From the NCBI GenBank assembly GCA_963707985.1, contig CAVPRW010000042.1, positions 160,001-224,000 of the forward strand: a stretch of DNA of 64,000 bases, written 5' to 3'. Below the pieces are notes generated by a model. The model was not told the origin of the DNA and did not search any database. It saw only the letters and a program-made list of their open reading frames with translations. The stretch's first letter is position 1; each line of letters opens with the position of its first letter. Made by a program: the position numbers and the translations under genes. Below, piece after piece: positions 50,834-61,474 of this stretch. The DNA comes from an uncultured Nitrospinota bacterium. GTDB lineage: Bacteria; Tectomicrobia; Entotheonellia; J063; CAVPRW01.

Positions 50834-53704
50834 CTATTTCCTCAACCCCACTCTCATGACCCGCAATATTTTCTCAGACGTTACAGGCATATCAATATGC
50901 TTAATGCCAAAATCAGCTAAGGCGTCGCAGATGGCATTGACAATGGCCGGGGCGACCGCAGGATTGCTTACATCGCCTGCCCCTTTTGCCCCGAGCGGGT
51001 TATGAGGTGTGGGAGTAACAGTGCGATCGAGCTCAAAGTTGGGCATTTGCGTCGCCCTTGGCATAGCATATGTCAAAAAGCCGTCCGTCAGAAGTTGTCC
51101 ATTGCTGTCATACACAGCCTGTTCCAGCAGCGCCTGACCGATGCCAAGCGCGATATTCCCGTGCATCTGACCCTCCACCACCATGGGATTACCAACATTG
51201 CCATAATCGTCTACCGCCACATAGCGTATGACCTCGAGGTGACCTGTTCCCTCGTCTATCTCGACCAAGGCAATATGTGTCCCAAAGGGAAAGTTGAAAT
51301 CTGGCGGATCAAAGTACGTAATGACTTCCAAGCACGGCTCCATGCCCTTTGGTAAATCCCACGCTAACCAGAGGGCCATGGCGATTTCCCGGAACATCTT
51401 CGCTCGCTCTGGCGCCCCTTTGGGATAAAGTCTGCCATTCTCATAGACGATGTCTTCCACCGGCACCTGCAGTATGTGGGCGGCAACGCGGCAGGCTTTC
51501 TCTTTGATTTGCTGGGCAGCTTTGTACACGACGGCCCCTTCGACGCTGAAGGAACGACTGCCATAACTCCCCTGGCCATAGGGCGTTCCTTCGGTATCGG
51601 AGTGCAAGATCTTTATCTGGTTGATATCAATGCCAAGCCCTTCAGCGGCGATTTGCGCGAATGTTGTTTCGTGGGATTGGCCATGCGGCTGTGCCCCAGT
51701 CGTGATGCTGACTTCGCCGGTGGGGTGAACGATGAAGTGGACACTGGCCCATGTGCTACCAATCAGCCCTTCCCGACCCATCCGCGCTGATGGCCCAACG
51801 CCCGCTACGGCGACATAGGAACCGATACCGACCCCGAGACGTTTGCCACGCTGCCGAGCCTCGATCTTGCGAGCTTCGACGTGGTCGTAATCAATCATGG
51901 CCAGAGCTTTACTGAGTGCCGCCTCATAGTTGCCAGAATCGTAAGTCCACCCTAAACCGTTCTCGTAAGGAAACTGGTTCGGCGCGACCATATTTTTGCG
52001 TCGAACCTCGGCCGGGTCCATGCCGACCTCTCGGGCGAAGATGTCGACCATACGCTCGATCAAGAAGATGGCCTCGGCGCGCCCTGCACCACGCAGGGGA
52101 CCCACCGGCACGGTATTCGTGTAGACGGTATAGACTTCGTAGAAGGGATGCGGGATCGCATAAGCCCCCGTGATACTGCGACCGATCAAGACCAAGGGTG
52201 CACCTGGGCCGTTGGTGGCGGGGTAAGCACCGAGATTACTGTAGCCCGTGCAGTACAGCGCAGTAATCTTGCCATCCTTTGTCCCCGCCAGCGTCACATC
52301 CTGTATCTGATCACGCCCTTGCACCGTGGAACGCGCCAGGCCCCATCGCGTGTCCACCCACTTCACCGGACGCCCCACCTCTTTCGCCACGAAGAGCACC
52401 AGCGGTTCACTGGGGTACACATAGCCTTTCGAACCGTACCCTCCCCCGATGTGCGGCACAATAACGCGCAACTTGTTGTACGGAATGCCCAAAATGAACT
52501 GAGAGATCAGAAAGCGATTTGCATGAGGAATTTGGGTATTCGTCCAGAGGGTGTATTGGCCAGTCTCAGCATCGTAATGGCCGATGCTGCCGCGAGGTTC
52601 TAGGGCATTGTGAACCATTCGCTGGTTGCATATGCGCTGTTTGATGACTACCTCGGCATTCGCGATGGCCTGCTCAGTCGCTGCTTTGTCCCCGTGACTC
52701 AGGTGAGTATTGAGGTTGTTGGGTATTGTCTCATGGAGCTGAGGAGCGCCGCCCTTGAGCGCATCCTCAGCGGTCACCACAACCGACAGTGGCTCGTACT
52801 CCACCTTGATAACTGGCAGGGCAGCGTACGCCTGTTGACGGGTCTCAGCCACCACAACTGCCACCTGGTCACCGATGTAGCGCACCCGATCTTTAGCCAG
52901 CACGGTCTGTGCTCCGGGCAGTATTCCGGAAGGGTGGGGTGGGAAGTGGCTTTCCACTCCAACAGGGACCCAAACGCAGGGCATGGGCATCAGGTGTTCG
53001 GTATCGGCTCCTGTGAATACACGCACGACACCCGGCATGGCTGCAGCCGCGCTGGTATCAATGCTTTTGATGCGGGCGTGAGCCTGGGTACTGTGCAAAA
53101 TCGCCATATGCAGCATGTTGGGCAGCGTCAGATCGGCGATGTACTTCGCTTCCCCACGGAGGAATCCGGGGTCTTCACGTCGCTTGAGAGGGGCGCCCAA
53201 GATTTTTTGGGGACCCTCCTCGGGCTGTTCAAGGCCTCCTTCCCCGCTCATCTTTTGTATCGCATGCTGTACGGCGCGAACGACATTATGGTAGCCGGTG
53301 GAACGCGACAGAGTGCCGTCCAGCCACGACCGAATCTCAGCCTCGTCAGGAGTGGGATGATGTTGCAGGAGATCGGTGATCGACATGATCATACCAGGAG
53401 TGGAAAAGCCAGTTTGGACGGCATGTTTGTCCTGGAATGCTTGCTGCAGCAGGTTCAGTTGGCCGTTCTGAGATACGCCCTCAATAGTGACCACCTCGCC
53501 GCCATCGGCCTGAACCGCTAGCACTGTGCAACTTTTCACCGATCTGCCGTTGAGCAGAGTGATACAGGTGCCGCACTGGCTCGTATCGCAGCCGATTTTC
53601 GTGCCCGTCAGACCTAACGTGTCGCGCAGAAAATCCGCCAGCAGCATCCACGGTTCAACGTCGACGCTGTGCCGTTTGCCGTTAACTATCAGCGAAACAT
53701 ACAT
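50834..53704 (-). CDS. Fused CoxS-CoxL-like xanthine dehydrogenase family protein (atypical)
   Basis: GCDTSQCGTC..C ferredoxin motif, RREDP.FL.GE, GGGYGSKG, RGAGR, HGQSHETT, GSYGSRS and GAKGAG; RBS GGAGG before ATG 53704. Confidence 0.9.
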   Translation of the reverse strand: MYVSLIVNGKRHSVDVEPWMLLADFLRDTLGLTGTKIGCDTSQCGTCITLLNGRSVKSCTVLAVQADGGEVVTIEGVSQNGQLNLLQQAFQDKHAVQTGFSTPGMIMSITDLLQHHPTPDEAEIRSWLDGTLSRSTGYHNVVRAVQHAIQKMSGEGGLEQPEEGPQKILGAPLKRREDPGFLRGEAKYIADLTLPNMLHMAILHSTQAHARIKSIDTSAAAAMPGVVRVFTGADTEHLMPMPCVWVPVGVESHFPPHPSGILPGAQTVLAKDRVRYIGDQVAVVVAETRQQAYAALPVIKVEYEPLSVVVTAEDALKGGAPQLHETIPNNLNTHLSHGDKAATEQAIANAEVVIKQRICNQRMVHNALEPRGSIGHYDAETGQYTLWTNTQIPHANRFLISQFILGIPYNKLRVIVPHIGGGYGSKGYVYPSEPLVLFVAKEVGRPVKWVDTRWGLARSTVQGRDQIQDVTLAGTKDGKITALYCTGYSNLGAYPATNGPGAPLVLIGRSITGAYAIPHPFYEVYTVYTNTVPVGPLRGAGRAEAIFLIERMVDIFAREVGMDPAEVRRKNMVAPNQFPYENGLGWTYDSGNYEAALSKALAMIDYDHVEARKIEARQRGKRLGVGIGSYVAVAGVGPSARMGREGLIGSTWASVHFIVHPTGEVSITTGAQPHGQSHETTFAQIAAEGLGIDINQIKILHSDTEGTPYGQGSYGSRSFSVEGAVVYKAAQQIKEKACRVAAHILQVPVEDIVYENGRLYPKGAPERAKMFREIAMALWLAWDLPKGMEPCLEVITYFDPPDFNFPFGTHIALVEIDEGTGHLEVIRYVAVDDYGNVGNPMVVEGQMHGNIALGIGQALLEQAVYDSNGQLLTDGFLTYAMPRATQMPNFELDRTVTPTPHNPLGAKGAGDVSNPAVAPAIVNAICDALADFGIKHIDMPVTSEKILRVMRVGLRK

Positions 53705-53835
53705 GGAGGCCACCTCCACCGTCAAAGGCTTGCTCGCGTCACAACTGGAATCCAGACACAATTCTGAAGGGCGGCAGGTCTCCCATCCCTCCATGGCAGT
53801 GAGCGTGTGTTCGGCACCGCTATTTCCGAACGACT

Positions 53836-54282
53836 CTATAAGCGTGCGAAACCGGGTGCATACTTGAACGGTTCCGCTGTGGCGTTGTAGGTCACGATCT
53901 CCAAGCCGTAGCCGTTTTTGGAGGAGCGCCTGATCGTCCATTGCTGCGTGGCATCCATCGCCGTTCGCTTGCTTTTCGCGGCCGGTGGCTCGAACCAACT
54001 GGCCTGCCAGCCGACGACTACACGAACTTCGGCCCCATCGCTGGAGATGGTTGCTTCCACGCTTTGAACATTGTGATTCTCGTCAAAGAAGAGGTTAGTG
54101 ACACGATCATACCACTTTTTGAAGCTGTTAAAGTCCCGGATGTCGCCGTCTGGAAATTGTATATTCAGTCCTTCGTCTGTCAAAAATTTATAGCACTCTT
54201 CAACCGGGACGTGTTGATCCAGTGCGAGGTACCAGGCAGCAGCGAATTTCTTGATGTCGTCCAGAGTGATAGAGGTGTTCAT
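53836..54282 (-). CDS. NTF2/SnoaL-like protein
   Basis: WY.ALD.H, FFDE.H and V.WQAS.. pattern; RBS AGGAG. Confidence 0.7.
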   Translation of the reverse strand: MNTSITLDDIKKFAAAWYLALDQHVPVEECYKFLTDEGLNIQFPDGDIRDFNSFKKWYDRVTNLFFDENHNVQSVEATISSDGAEVRVVVGWQASWFEPPAAKSKRTAMDATQQWTIRRSSKNGYGLEIVTYNATAEPFKYAPGFARL

Positions 54283-54386
54283 GGTCGATCTCCTATGGGG
54301 AGGTGACGGTTGCCTGCAGTCGATGCCGAGAGGCTCGGGATGACCAGCATTATTGGCACTGCTCCCATAACGCGACGCGGTCAGGA

Positions 54387-55214
54387 TTACCATCCGTACC
54401 GTGTAAGACCTTTCTCCAGGACTTCGACCATCTTTTGCCCGGTGAGATAAGAATCTGGTGTGGATCGGCCCGTGATGAATGGATGGTCCACAATGACGGA
54501 TGTTTCATGGCCGAAATTGCCGATGTAACCACCATCGGGACCAGTCGCGTCGCGCAGGATGTACTCCAATGGATAGGGGGGCGGACCCATATTGAAATCA
54601 ACTCCCAAGAATCCCGTGCCGTCCTTATAGTCATACTCCTTACAGTGGCCGGTGACATGCTTACCCCAGATAATGCTCTTGCGGTTCTCCCAGTCGCGCG
54701 CGAAGGCGAGGCAAGTCACACCATAGCATTCGGCGCCTATCGGCTTGCCGTTGGCGAGAAAGGTGAGGATGATGTCGTGGACCCTCTCATTATTCGCGAG
54801 GTCAGCGATCGGACCGCTGCCGCCCACGATCAAGAGCGCGTCGTACTCTGCCAACCAGCCTCGCCCCGCCGCATCGACCGCCTTGTGGTAGTCCTCCAAC
54901 TCGCGTATTAAGTTATGCGAGCTGAAGTAAGGCCGTTCAGGCATCAATTTAGCGAGATTGAGCGGATTGTCCAGCCGTGGGGATTTATCGATGGCACGAA
55001 CCTTTTCGGCCATCTCAGAGGACGTGACCGATCGGCCTAGAGGCGGATCAATGTATGCGGGGTCCATGCTCGGGGGAAGCGCACGCGGTCTTCTTCCCCT
55101 GGGGGTGGCGAACTGCACCGCATATCCAGCTGCGTCAAAGGTCTCAAGGGGGCCCATCAATTCCTCGCCCCAGAAGCCATACTCCGATAAGATGATGAGT
55201 ACTTTCTTCGACAT
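54387..55214 (-). CDS. DJ-1/PfpI (Hsp31-like) protein
   Basis: GFWGEEL..P, VGGSGP..DL, AECYGV and FITGRS motifs. Confidence 0.88.
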   Translation of the reverse strand: MSKKVLIILSEYGFWGEELMGPLETFDAAGYAVQFATPRGRRPRALPPSMDPAYIDPPLGRSVTSSEMAEKVRAIDKSPRLDNPLNLAKLMPERPYFSSHNLIRELEDYHKAVDAAGRGWLAEYDALLIVGGSGPIADLANNERVHDIILTFLANGKPIGAECYGVTCLAFARDWENRKSIIWGKHVTGHCKEYDYKDGTGFLGVDFNMGPPPYPLEYILRDATGPDGGYIGNFGHETSVIVDHPFITGRSTPDSYLTGQKMVEVLEKGLTRYGW

Positions 55215-55434
55215 GAGCTTACCGCTCCTTTCTCTCCAGCCGTTTCATTCCCTGGAAACGAGAACGACCACAGTATGGTTTTTAAGATGATAGACCTTAT
55301 CACAACCCATCATCTCTTCGCTAGGCTCGATACTTCCCAGGGAAGAAGATCAATCGGTCTCAGTTGCCCTCTGCCATTGCCTATCATTAACCGGGGGTCC
55401 ACGAACTGGAGGGCCCTCATCTCGATATTCGGCC

Positions 55435-55698
55435 TCAGGTGAACAACCGTTTCCTCTTATCATTGAGCTGGTAATAGGGTGGCACCCCGGGCCGGCGTGT
55501 TTCGCGCAGGAAGCCTTTAGAGATCAAAAAGGCCACAGCTCCCTCGACTCCCTCGCGTGAGGGCTCGCTCAGCTCCGGCCGGAGCCACCATTGGGCGATG
55601 CCGTCGAGGGTATCCTTAGCTGCTGGATGTTGTTCCAGGTAGCGCAGGATCTGCCGCGCGATATCGTGTTCTGCGGCTGCCTCAGGCTCTTCGTTCAC
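55435..55698 (-). CDS. Small hypothetical winged-helix-like protein
   Basis: ILRYL..HP.AKDTL.GIAQWW...V..A...L...G.L pattern. Confidence 0.65.
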   Translation of the reverse strand: MNEEPEAAAEHDIARQILRYLEQHPAAKDTLDGIAQWWLRPELSEPSREGVEGAVAFLISKGFLRETRRPGVPPYYQLNDKRKRLFT

Positions 55699-55741
55699 AG
55701 GGCTCTACCATTGTTTTAGGCTGCGTACGGCTATGATAAGG

Positions 55742-55757
55742 AGCAAGAGCGATGCCA
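55742..55757 (-). promoter_or_regulatory. Sigma-54 (-24/-12) promoter
   Basis: Minus strand reads TGGCATCGCTCTTGCT, matching TGGCAY-N5-TTGCW. Confidence 0.75.
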
Positions 55758-55841
55758 TGGATGCAACTGCAGAGAACCGGTTGATTTCGCATGTCACCCA
55801 GCAGCAGACGCCCCAAAGCGTTCCCCGCAGGTGGGCTATTC

Positions 55842-55932
55842 TGAGCCCAGTGAGCTGGGTCGCCGCCGATCGAAAGAGCAGCCCCAGACGGGGTCAGGCT
55901 GGTGCGTCATGCATGACCCACAACTGGGCTCA
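55842..55932. promoter_or_regulatory. Candidate upstream activator sequences for the bEBP
   Basis: Palindromes TGAGCCCAG..CTGGGTCG (55842), GCCCCAGACGGGGTCA (55881) and TGACCCACAACTGGGCTCA (55914). Confidence 0.5.
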
Positions 55933-56040
55933 GATTGACTCAGTTGTCCAGAGCATACGGCGAGCGATCATTCGTAAGGGTTGGGACGAGGCAGGGATCT
56001 CCACCCAGATCGGCAGGAAGGCGATTAGTCCTAGGTACGA

Positions 56041-57411
56041 TCAACGCTTCGGAATCTGGTACTTTTTGATCAAGCGCCCAAGGGCGCGCCGCCCCATCTT
56101 CGCGACCCGCGCGGCATGCGTCACATTGCCTTGATATGCCTGCAGCAGCTTGTGATATAGACCTGTTCAAACTGTGCAATGACCTGGGCTTTGGCCTCTC
56201 GAAAGGAGCTGCCGCTGGATGTACCCGGTGCGTCTAGAGGAGGAATCGTCAAGATCCTCCGGTTCGAGAGTCTGGGCGTTGGTCAAAACGACGGCTCGCT
56301 TGACGACATTCTCCAACTCCCGAACATTCCCTGGCCAGGCGTAGCGGCATAAGGTCGCCATAGCGCGCGGCGACCACTGCCGCGGCCCCTGTCCATACTG
56401 CTCCACATACCGCGCCAAAAAATGGCCCGCGAGCCGTGGGATATCGGCTGGTCGCTCCCGCAAAGCTGGCAAGGTGAGGTGTATGACGGCCATCCGATAG
56501 AAGAGGTCCGCCCGGAAAGTCCCCTCCTGGACTTTGCATAGTAGCTGTGCATTCGTGGACGCCATGATCCGGATATCGGCCCGCCGTAGCCGGGGAGAGC
56601 CGAGGGCATGGTAGTTCCGATCCTGCAGGAAGCGGAGGAGTTTGGCTTGAACGCTCAGGCTGAGCGTCTCGATTTCGTCGAGCAGGATAGTCCCCCCCTC
56701 CGCCTCCGCAACCAGCCCGGGCTGGTTGGCCCAGGCACTGGTAAAGGCCCCCTTCGTATGCCCGAACAGCTCGCGCTCGAACAGCTCCTCTGGGATAGCC
56801 CCGCAGTTGACCGGCAGAAACGGTTTCCCTGTCCGGCAACTGAGATAGTGCAGCGCTCGTGCACACAGCTCTTTACCCGTCCCAGTTTCACCGGTAAGGA
56901 GCACGGGGCCTCGGAACGCGCCACGAGGGGGAGCTTTCGCTTCAGCCCCAGGAAGGCGTGATCCTCACCGATTAATTGTGCCAGCCCAACCGGTTCTGTT
57001 TCGGACTCTTCGACCCTGGTATGTTCCTGTTTCCTGCTCCAGGACAGAAGTCGACTGATCCGGGCGAGTACTTCAGCCTCGCGGAGGGGCGCGATGAGAA
57101 AGTCTTGCGTCCAGAAGTAAAAGCCCGTTGAGCATCTCGTTCAGGCTCGCTGACCTCATGATCGGTAACAGAGGTGTGTCAGGCTCCTTCGCCCGCAACG
57201 TCGCCAGGAGGTCGGCTGTCCTCTCCTTGGAGGCAGGAAGGACCGGGATGATCAGGTCAGGCAGGGTCTCAACGATCTCATTCACATCGGGAAGTTCTGT
57301 CGCGATGAGGTCCACTTGGTAGTCGCTCTCCCGTTGGAGGATCGCCCGGACCTTGGCCCCAAGATGTTGTCCCTGTTGATCATCGATGATAATGATCCTC
57401 GGCTGCTCCAT
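56041..57411 (-). CDS. Sigma-54-dependent enhancer-binding protein (receiver-like + AAA+ + Fis HTH), several frameshifts
   Basis: GETGTGKE, ELFGH.KGAFTSA, LDEI, FRADLFYR, WPGNVRELEN and QGNVTHAAR HTH. Confidence 0.88.
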
Positions 57412-57569
57412 AACCCACCTCCATCACCACAGCGTTCCCATCGATCGCGCCTAGCACTAACCTGCAGAAAAGCTTCTGGAGCCCCAACCACCGCTGTTTC
57501 AGCCTAACATGGGTGTCAATGATGCTCTTGGTGTCGGGGCCGTGGAGTCAGCGCGGCTGGGCATTACCC

Positions 57570-57810
57570 TGTTTGACTGGGTGCTGCTGGACAGCAAAAC
57601 CGCGCGGACAGTGACGACACAAGGCCAGCGTGGATGGGGTGCGGCGGATGGTGCAGCAGGTACACCACTGGCTGCCGGGGCGGCGGCTGGTGTTGGTCGT
57701 GGCTGGTGGCTTTGTCGCGGTAATACTGGCGCTGGCGTGTGTCCACAATCGTGTGCTGCTAGTCTCGCGCCGGCGCTGGGAGGCGGCCCTGGATCACCCA
57801 CCACGGCCGC
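57570..57810 (+). pseudogene. Transposase fragment (IS701/IS4-like)
   Basis: QQV..WLPGRRLVLV..GGF.AV.LAL.C...LVSR.RW.AAL. Confidence 0.5.
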
Positions 57811-58085
57811 CCATTGGCAGCCTGATAGGCCAAAGTAGAGGCAAATATATTAGCCACAGCAGAATTGTCAAGACAATTTTCACAGACTGTTACAGAACAT
57901 TCAAAAGTGAACATTGGGGGACTGCAAAAGCGGACGTCGCTCCAGGGCCCCGCAAAACCGTTACCATGCCTCCCCCAAGGAGGCGCATAGGCATTCTCAT
58001 TACAATGTCTCAGCGCTTTCTGAAAATTTGACGAAGTATCGGTCTTTATGGTACAAGAACCGACGTTTCTGTCGGACGGAGGCAC

Positions 58086-58518
58086 CCCTGTGGTGCGGTC
58101 GCTGGAACGGCTCACATGGTTACTGTGGCATGGCAATGTGTATCATGCATTGCAAGCTGTCCAATTGGTGGAGATGGACCTCAACGAGGCAGTGCCCGAC
58201 ACTGGTGGTGGCACGGCACGGAAACTCCGCAAGACTGTGGAGGCATTCCACACGTACATTGAGCGGAATCGCACGTTCATCCACAATGATGGCGAGCGCT
58301 ACCGCTATCGTGCGCGGATTGGCGCGGGCTTTGTCGAGTCGACGGTAAACCAGGTGGTGAGCAAACGCTTCTGCACACGCCAACACATGCAGTGGACCCG
58401 ACGCGGGGCGTACCTCCTGTTACAATCCCGGGTGAAAACGTTGAACCAGGAACTTAGCGCCATGTTCCGACGCTGGTATCCGGATCTGCATCTGGAGGAG
58501 GAGCCGCAGGCCCCCTGA
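58086..58518 (+). pseudogene. ISKra4-family transposase C-terminal fragment
   Basis: W.LWHGNV, YIERN...I..GERYR and FVESTVNQVVSKRF...Q.MQWT.RGA.LLLQ.R. Confidence 0.85.
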
Positions 58519-58602
58519 TCCCTTTGTTCTGGTTGTTCTCCCCGCTGGCCAGCAATACTTGGATCGCACTATGTTAGACATCAAACGCAAAGGAAGCTCA
58601 CC

Positions 58603-60339
58603 ATGCAAACGATTTCAAGACGTGATTTTCTCCGTAGGAGTGTAGCGGGTGCTGTCGGCCTGGGGGTTATGGGTTTACCCCTGAAGAGTTCGGCCAGCGA
58701 CACACTTATTGTGCCGGCTGTGGTGATTGGCAGTGGTTTTGGCGGAGCCGTGGCCGCCCTCCGCTTGGCTCAAGCGGGGGTTAGAACCGTCGTGCTCGAG
58801 CGCGGGCGCCGGTGGCCCATCCGCAATGACGGCAATACCTTTGCAACGTTTGAGAAACCCGATGGCCGATGCTCCTGGCTCAGCGACACCACACCCATTG
58901 CTTTTGTCGAGAGCGCATTTGGTCTGACACCGGCCACTTTCCGACGACCGTATACAGGGCTGGTGGAAACCATCCAAGGCAAACGGCATCACCATTCTGC
59001 AGGGGGCTGGCGTCGGAGGCGGCTCGTTGCATTACAATGCGATTCTTGTGGCGCCACACCGGAATGTTTTCGAACAAATTTTCCCCAGCGAAATCGACTT
59101 CGATGAGATGGAAGCGATATACTATCCCAAGGTCTTGTCTGTCATCGGGGCATCCACGAATTCCGGACGACATTTTGGCTACTGACTTCTATCAATCAAC
59201 ACGGGTCAACCTCCAGCAAGCCCAGGCGGCCGGGTTTAATACACGCAAAGTGGACATGGGCATCGACTGGCACGTGGTTCGTAAAGAAATCCACGGCACC
59301 AAAAGGCCTTCGACCATCGCTGGTCAGTCGTGGTACGGCCTCAATAGTGGAGCGAAACAGAGTGTCGACCACAACTATCTAGCGATGGCGGAAGCGAGGA
59401 GATCAGTGAGGATTTTCCCGCTGCACAATGTCGTGAGTATTGAGGAGATTTTTATTGGTAAAAGTGTCTTCTACCGTGTCTCAGCCGACGAGATCACTGA
59501 TCAAGGACAGTTTCTGCGGCGTCGCAAGTTTATCTGCCAACACCTCTTTTTAGCCGCGGGTTCGTTAGGCACGACCAAACTGTTGCTGAAGGCGAAAGCC
59601 GCCGGCGGCCTCTCTAACCTAAGCGACCAGGTTGGCCAGAACTGGGCCGGTAACGGGGATTATGTGGTCGTCCGCGTTGGATTACCACCCAACAATGCCG
59701 GGACGGGAGGGCCATGCGGTCACTTCATCATGGAAGACTATCTGCCGCAAAACGTCGATTTGAGTAACCCGCAGGTTCCGCCCCCAAACGGTCTGATCGA
59801 ATTGGTAACCCCACCGCATCTCGCGAAGCAGATCAACGAGGTTCTACGTCTGGGAGATTCGTCCACCTATGTTGGCATGGGGATTCATCCGGCTATCGGC
59901 TCGATGTCGTATGATCCAATCACTGATGAACTTACCGTGAACTTCCCACTTGACGATGACGCTTTCAAACCCTTTCTCACATCGGCCGCAAATCCATGCT
60001 CACGACCCTTGACGCGAGCAACCGGGATCCCGTTCCATCAGATGACTCCCACCTTTCACGCTTGTGAATAATCCGACTTCGACGGCCCATCCATTGGGAG
60101 GAGCCGTCGTTGGAGAGGTGTGCGATCAATTCGGGCGGGTTATCGGCCACCCAGGCCTGTATGTGGTCGATGGGGCGTTTATTCCTGGCTTTGCTGGGTG
60201 TGTCAATCCAGCCCTGACCATCGCTGCTCTAGCCGAACGTAGTGTGGAGCATATCATCGCCCGTGATATTATGGGATCACGCCGAGACCGTGATTTTGAG
60301 GGATCACACGGAGACCGTGATTTTGTGAGATCACACTGA
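58603..60339 (+). CDS. Tat-exported GMC oxidoreductase (cholesterol oxidase-like), about 3 frameshifts
   Basis: SRRDFL Tat motif, GSGFGGAV..LERG, GVGGGSL, FLAAGSLGT, HPLGG and LYVVDG..IPG...VNP.LTI.ALAER. Confidence 0.85.
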
Positions 60340-60341
60340 GA
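60261..60341 (+). repeat. 3 x 27-bp tandem repeat, each unit containing GTGAT-N8-ATCAC
   Basis: ccgtgatattatgggatcacgccgaga / ccgtgattttgagggatcacacggaga / ccgtgattttgtgagatcacactgaga. Confidence 0.8.
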
Positions 60342-60686
60342 TTCTATAGCTCAGGCCCTGAAGTGACCGTAAGTTTTTGAAGTTAAAAGGCATATGTGAA
60401 AATCACGCCACATGCAGTGCCGAAAACCGCCCAAGCCGGGGCGGGGTATTGACCTCCCCAAGCCCGACGGACGGCAAAGCTCCATGGGAGGGCCGAGGGT
60501 GCAAGTGCGCGTCGTCCTGCAACCGTGTCAGCCCGGGAGCGAGCCACTCTACGCAGCCAAGACACTCCCAGCGGACGGGTGGATGTGAGGTGGCATGGCC
60601 ATCATGGGTCTAGGCGCATGTCAGTGACCGGTTCACCCGCCGCTGCACTGGGGTCGTTCAGCAGAGCACTGAAAGGAGAGTCAGGT

Positions 60687-61400
60687 ATGAGTTCGACAAG
60701 AAGCATCCTGATGGTTGTGGCGAACCCGTCCGTGGCGACGACCACCGGCTGGCCGGTGGGGTTCTGGGCGGCAGAGCTAATACACCCCTATGATGTCTTC
60801 ACGCGAAAAGGGTACGAAGTCACCATTGCCAGCCCCACTGGGGGAAAGGTTGAAATGGATGCGTATTCCGATCCGCGGGACGCCAGTGGCTATTCGAAAG
60901 ACGACGCGCTGAGCCTGCAATATCTCAACAACCCAGGATTCGTTACGCTGCTAGAGAACACCCCCAGTGTCGCTAGTCTCAAGGCTGATGACTTCGAGAC
61001 GATCGTCGTGGTGGGCGGACAGTCGCCGATGTTCACCTTCAAGGACGCCGTCGCCTTACAGCGACTTTTCTTAGACTTCTACAACAACGGCAAGGTGAGT
61101 GCGGCCCTGTGTCACGGCACCTCTTTACTGCTGTACCTAAAAGAGGCCAACGGAGACCCCTTCGTCAAGGGCAAGACCATCACGGGCTTTGCCAATAGTG
61201 AGGAAGATTTTGCTGACAAGGCTGTGGGGCAGAAACTCATGCCGTTCCGTATCGAGGATGAAGCGAGGAAGCTTGGGGCGACCTTTCTTGCCGCGCCGGC
61301 GTTCCAGCCCCATGCCGTGCGTGATGGTCGCCTCATCACAGGACAGCAACAGCACAGCGGCGGTGAGGTTGCGAAACTGATGCTTGAAGCACTCGCCTAA
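60687..61400 (+). CDS. DJ-1/PfpI (type 1 GATase-like) protein
   Basis: VGFWAAELIHPY, GGQSPM, ALCHG and LITGQQ; RBS AAGGAG. Confidence 0.92.
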   Translation: MSSTRSILMVVANPSVATTTGWPVGFWAAELIHPYDVFTRKGYEVTIASPTGGKVEMDAYSDPRDASGYSKDDALSLQYLNNPGFVTLLENTPSVASLKADDFETIVVVGGQSPMFTFKDAVALQRLFLDFYNNGKVSAALCHGTSLLLYLKEANGDPFVKGKTITGFANSEEDFADKAVGQKLMPFRIEDEARKLGATFLAAPAFQPHAVRDGRLITGQQQHSGGEVAKLMLEALA

Positions 61401-61474
61401 CAAGGAGAACTTGCTGGTTTCCTCAACATCGCTTGCTTGGGGGTCGGAAGGGTCGGTTCGGCGTTACCGGAACG

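Noticed and set aside
50834..53704. Aerobic CO dehydrogenase (form I coxL)
   Set aside because: It lacks the AYxCSFR Cu-binding loop (has PLRGAGR), and no cox accessory genes are present.
60261..60341. Mini CRISPR array
   Set aside because: Units are directly adjacent with no unique spacers, and there are no cas genes.
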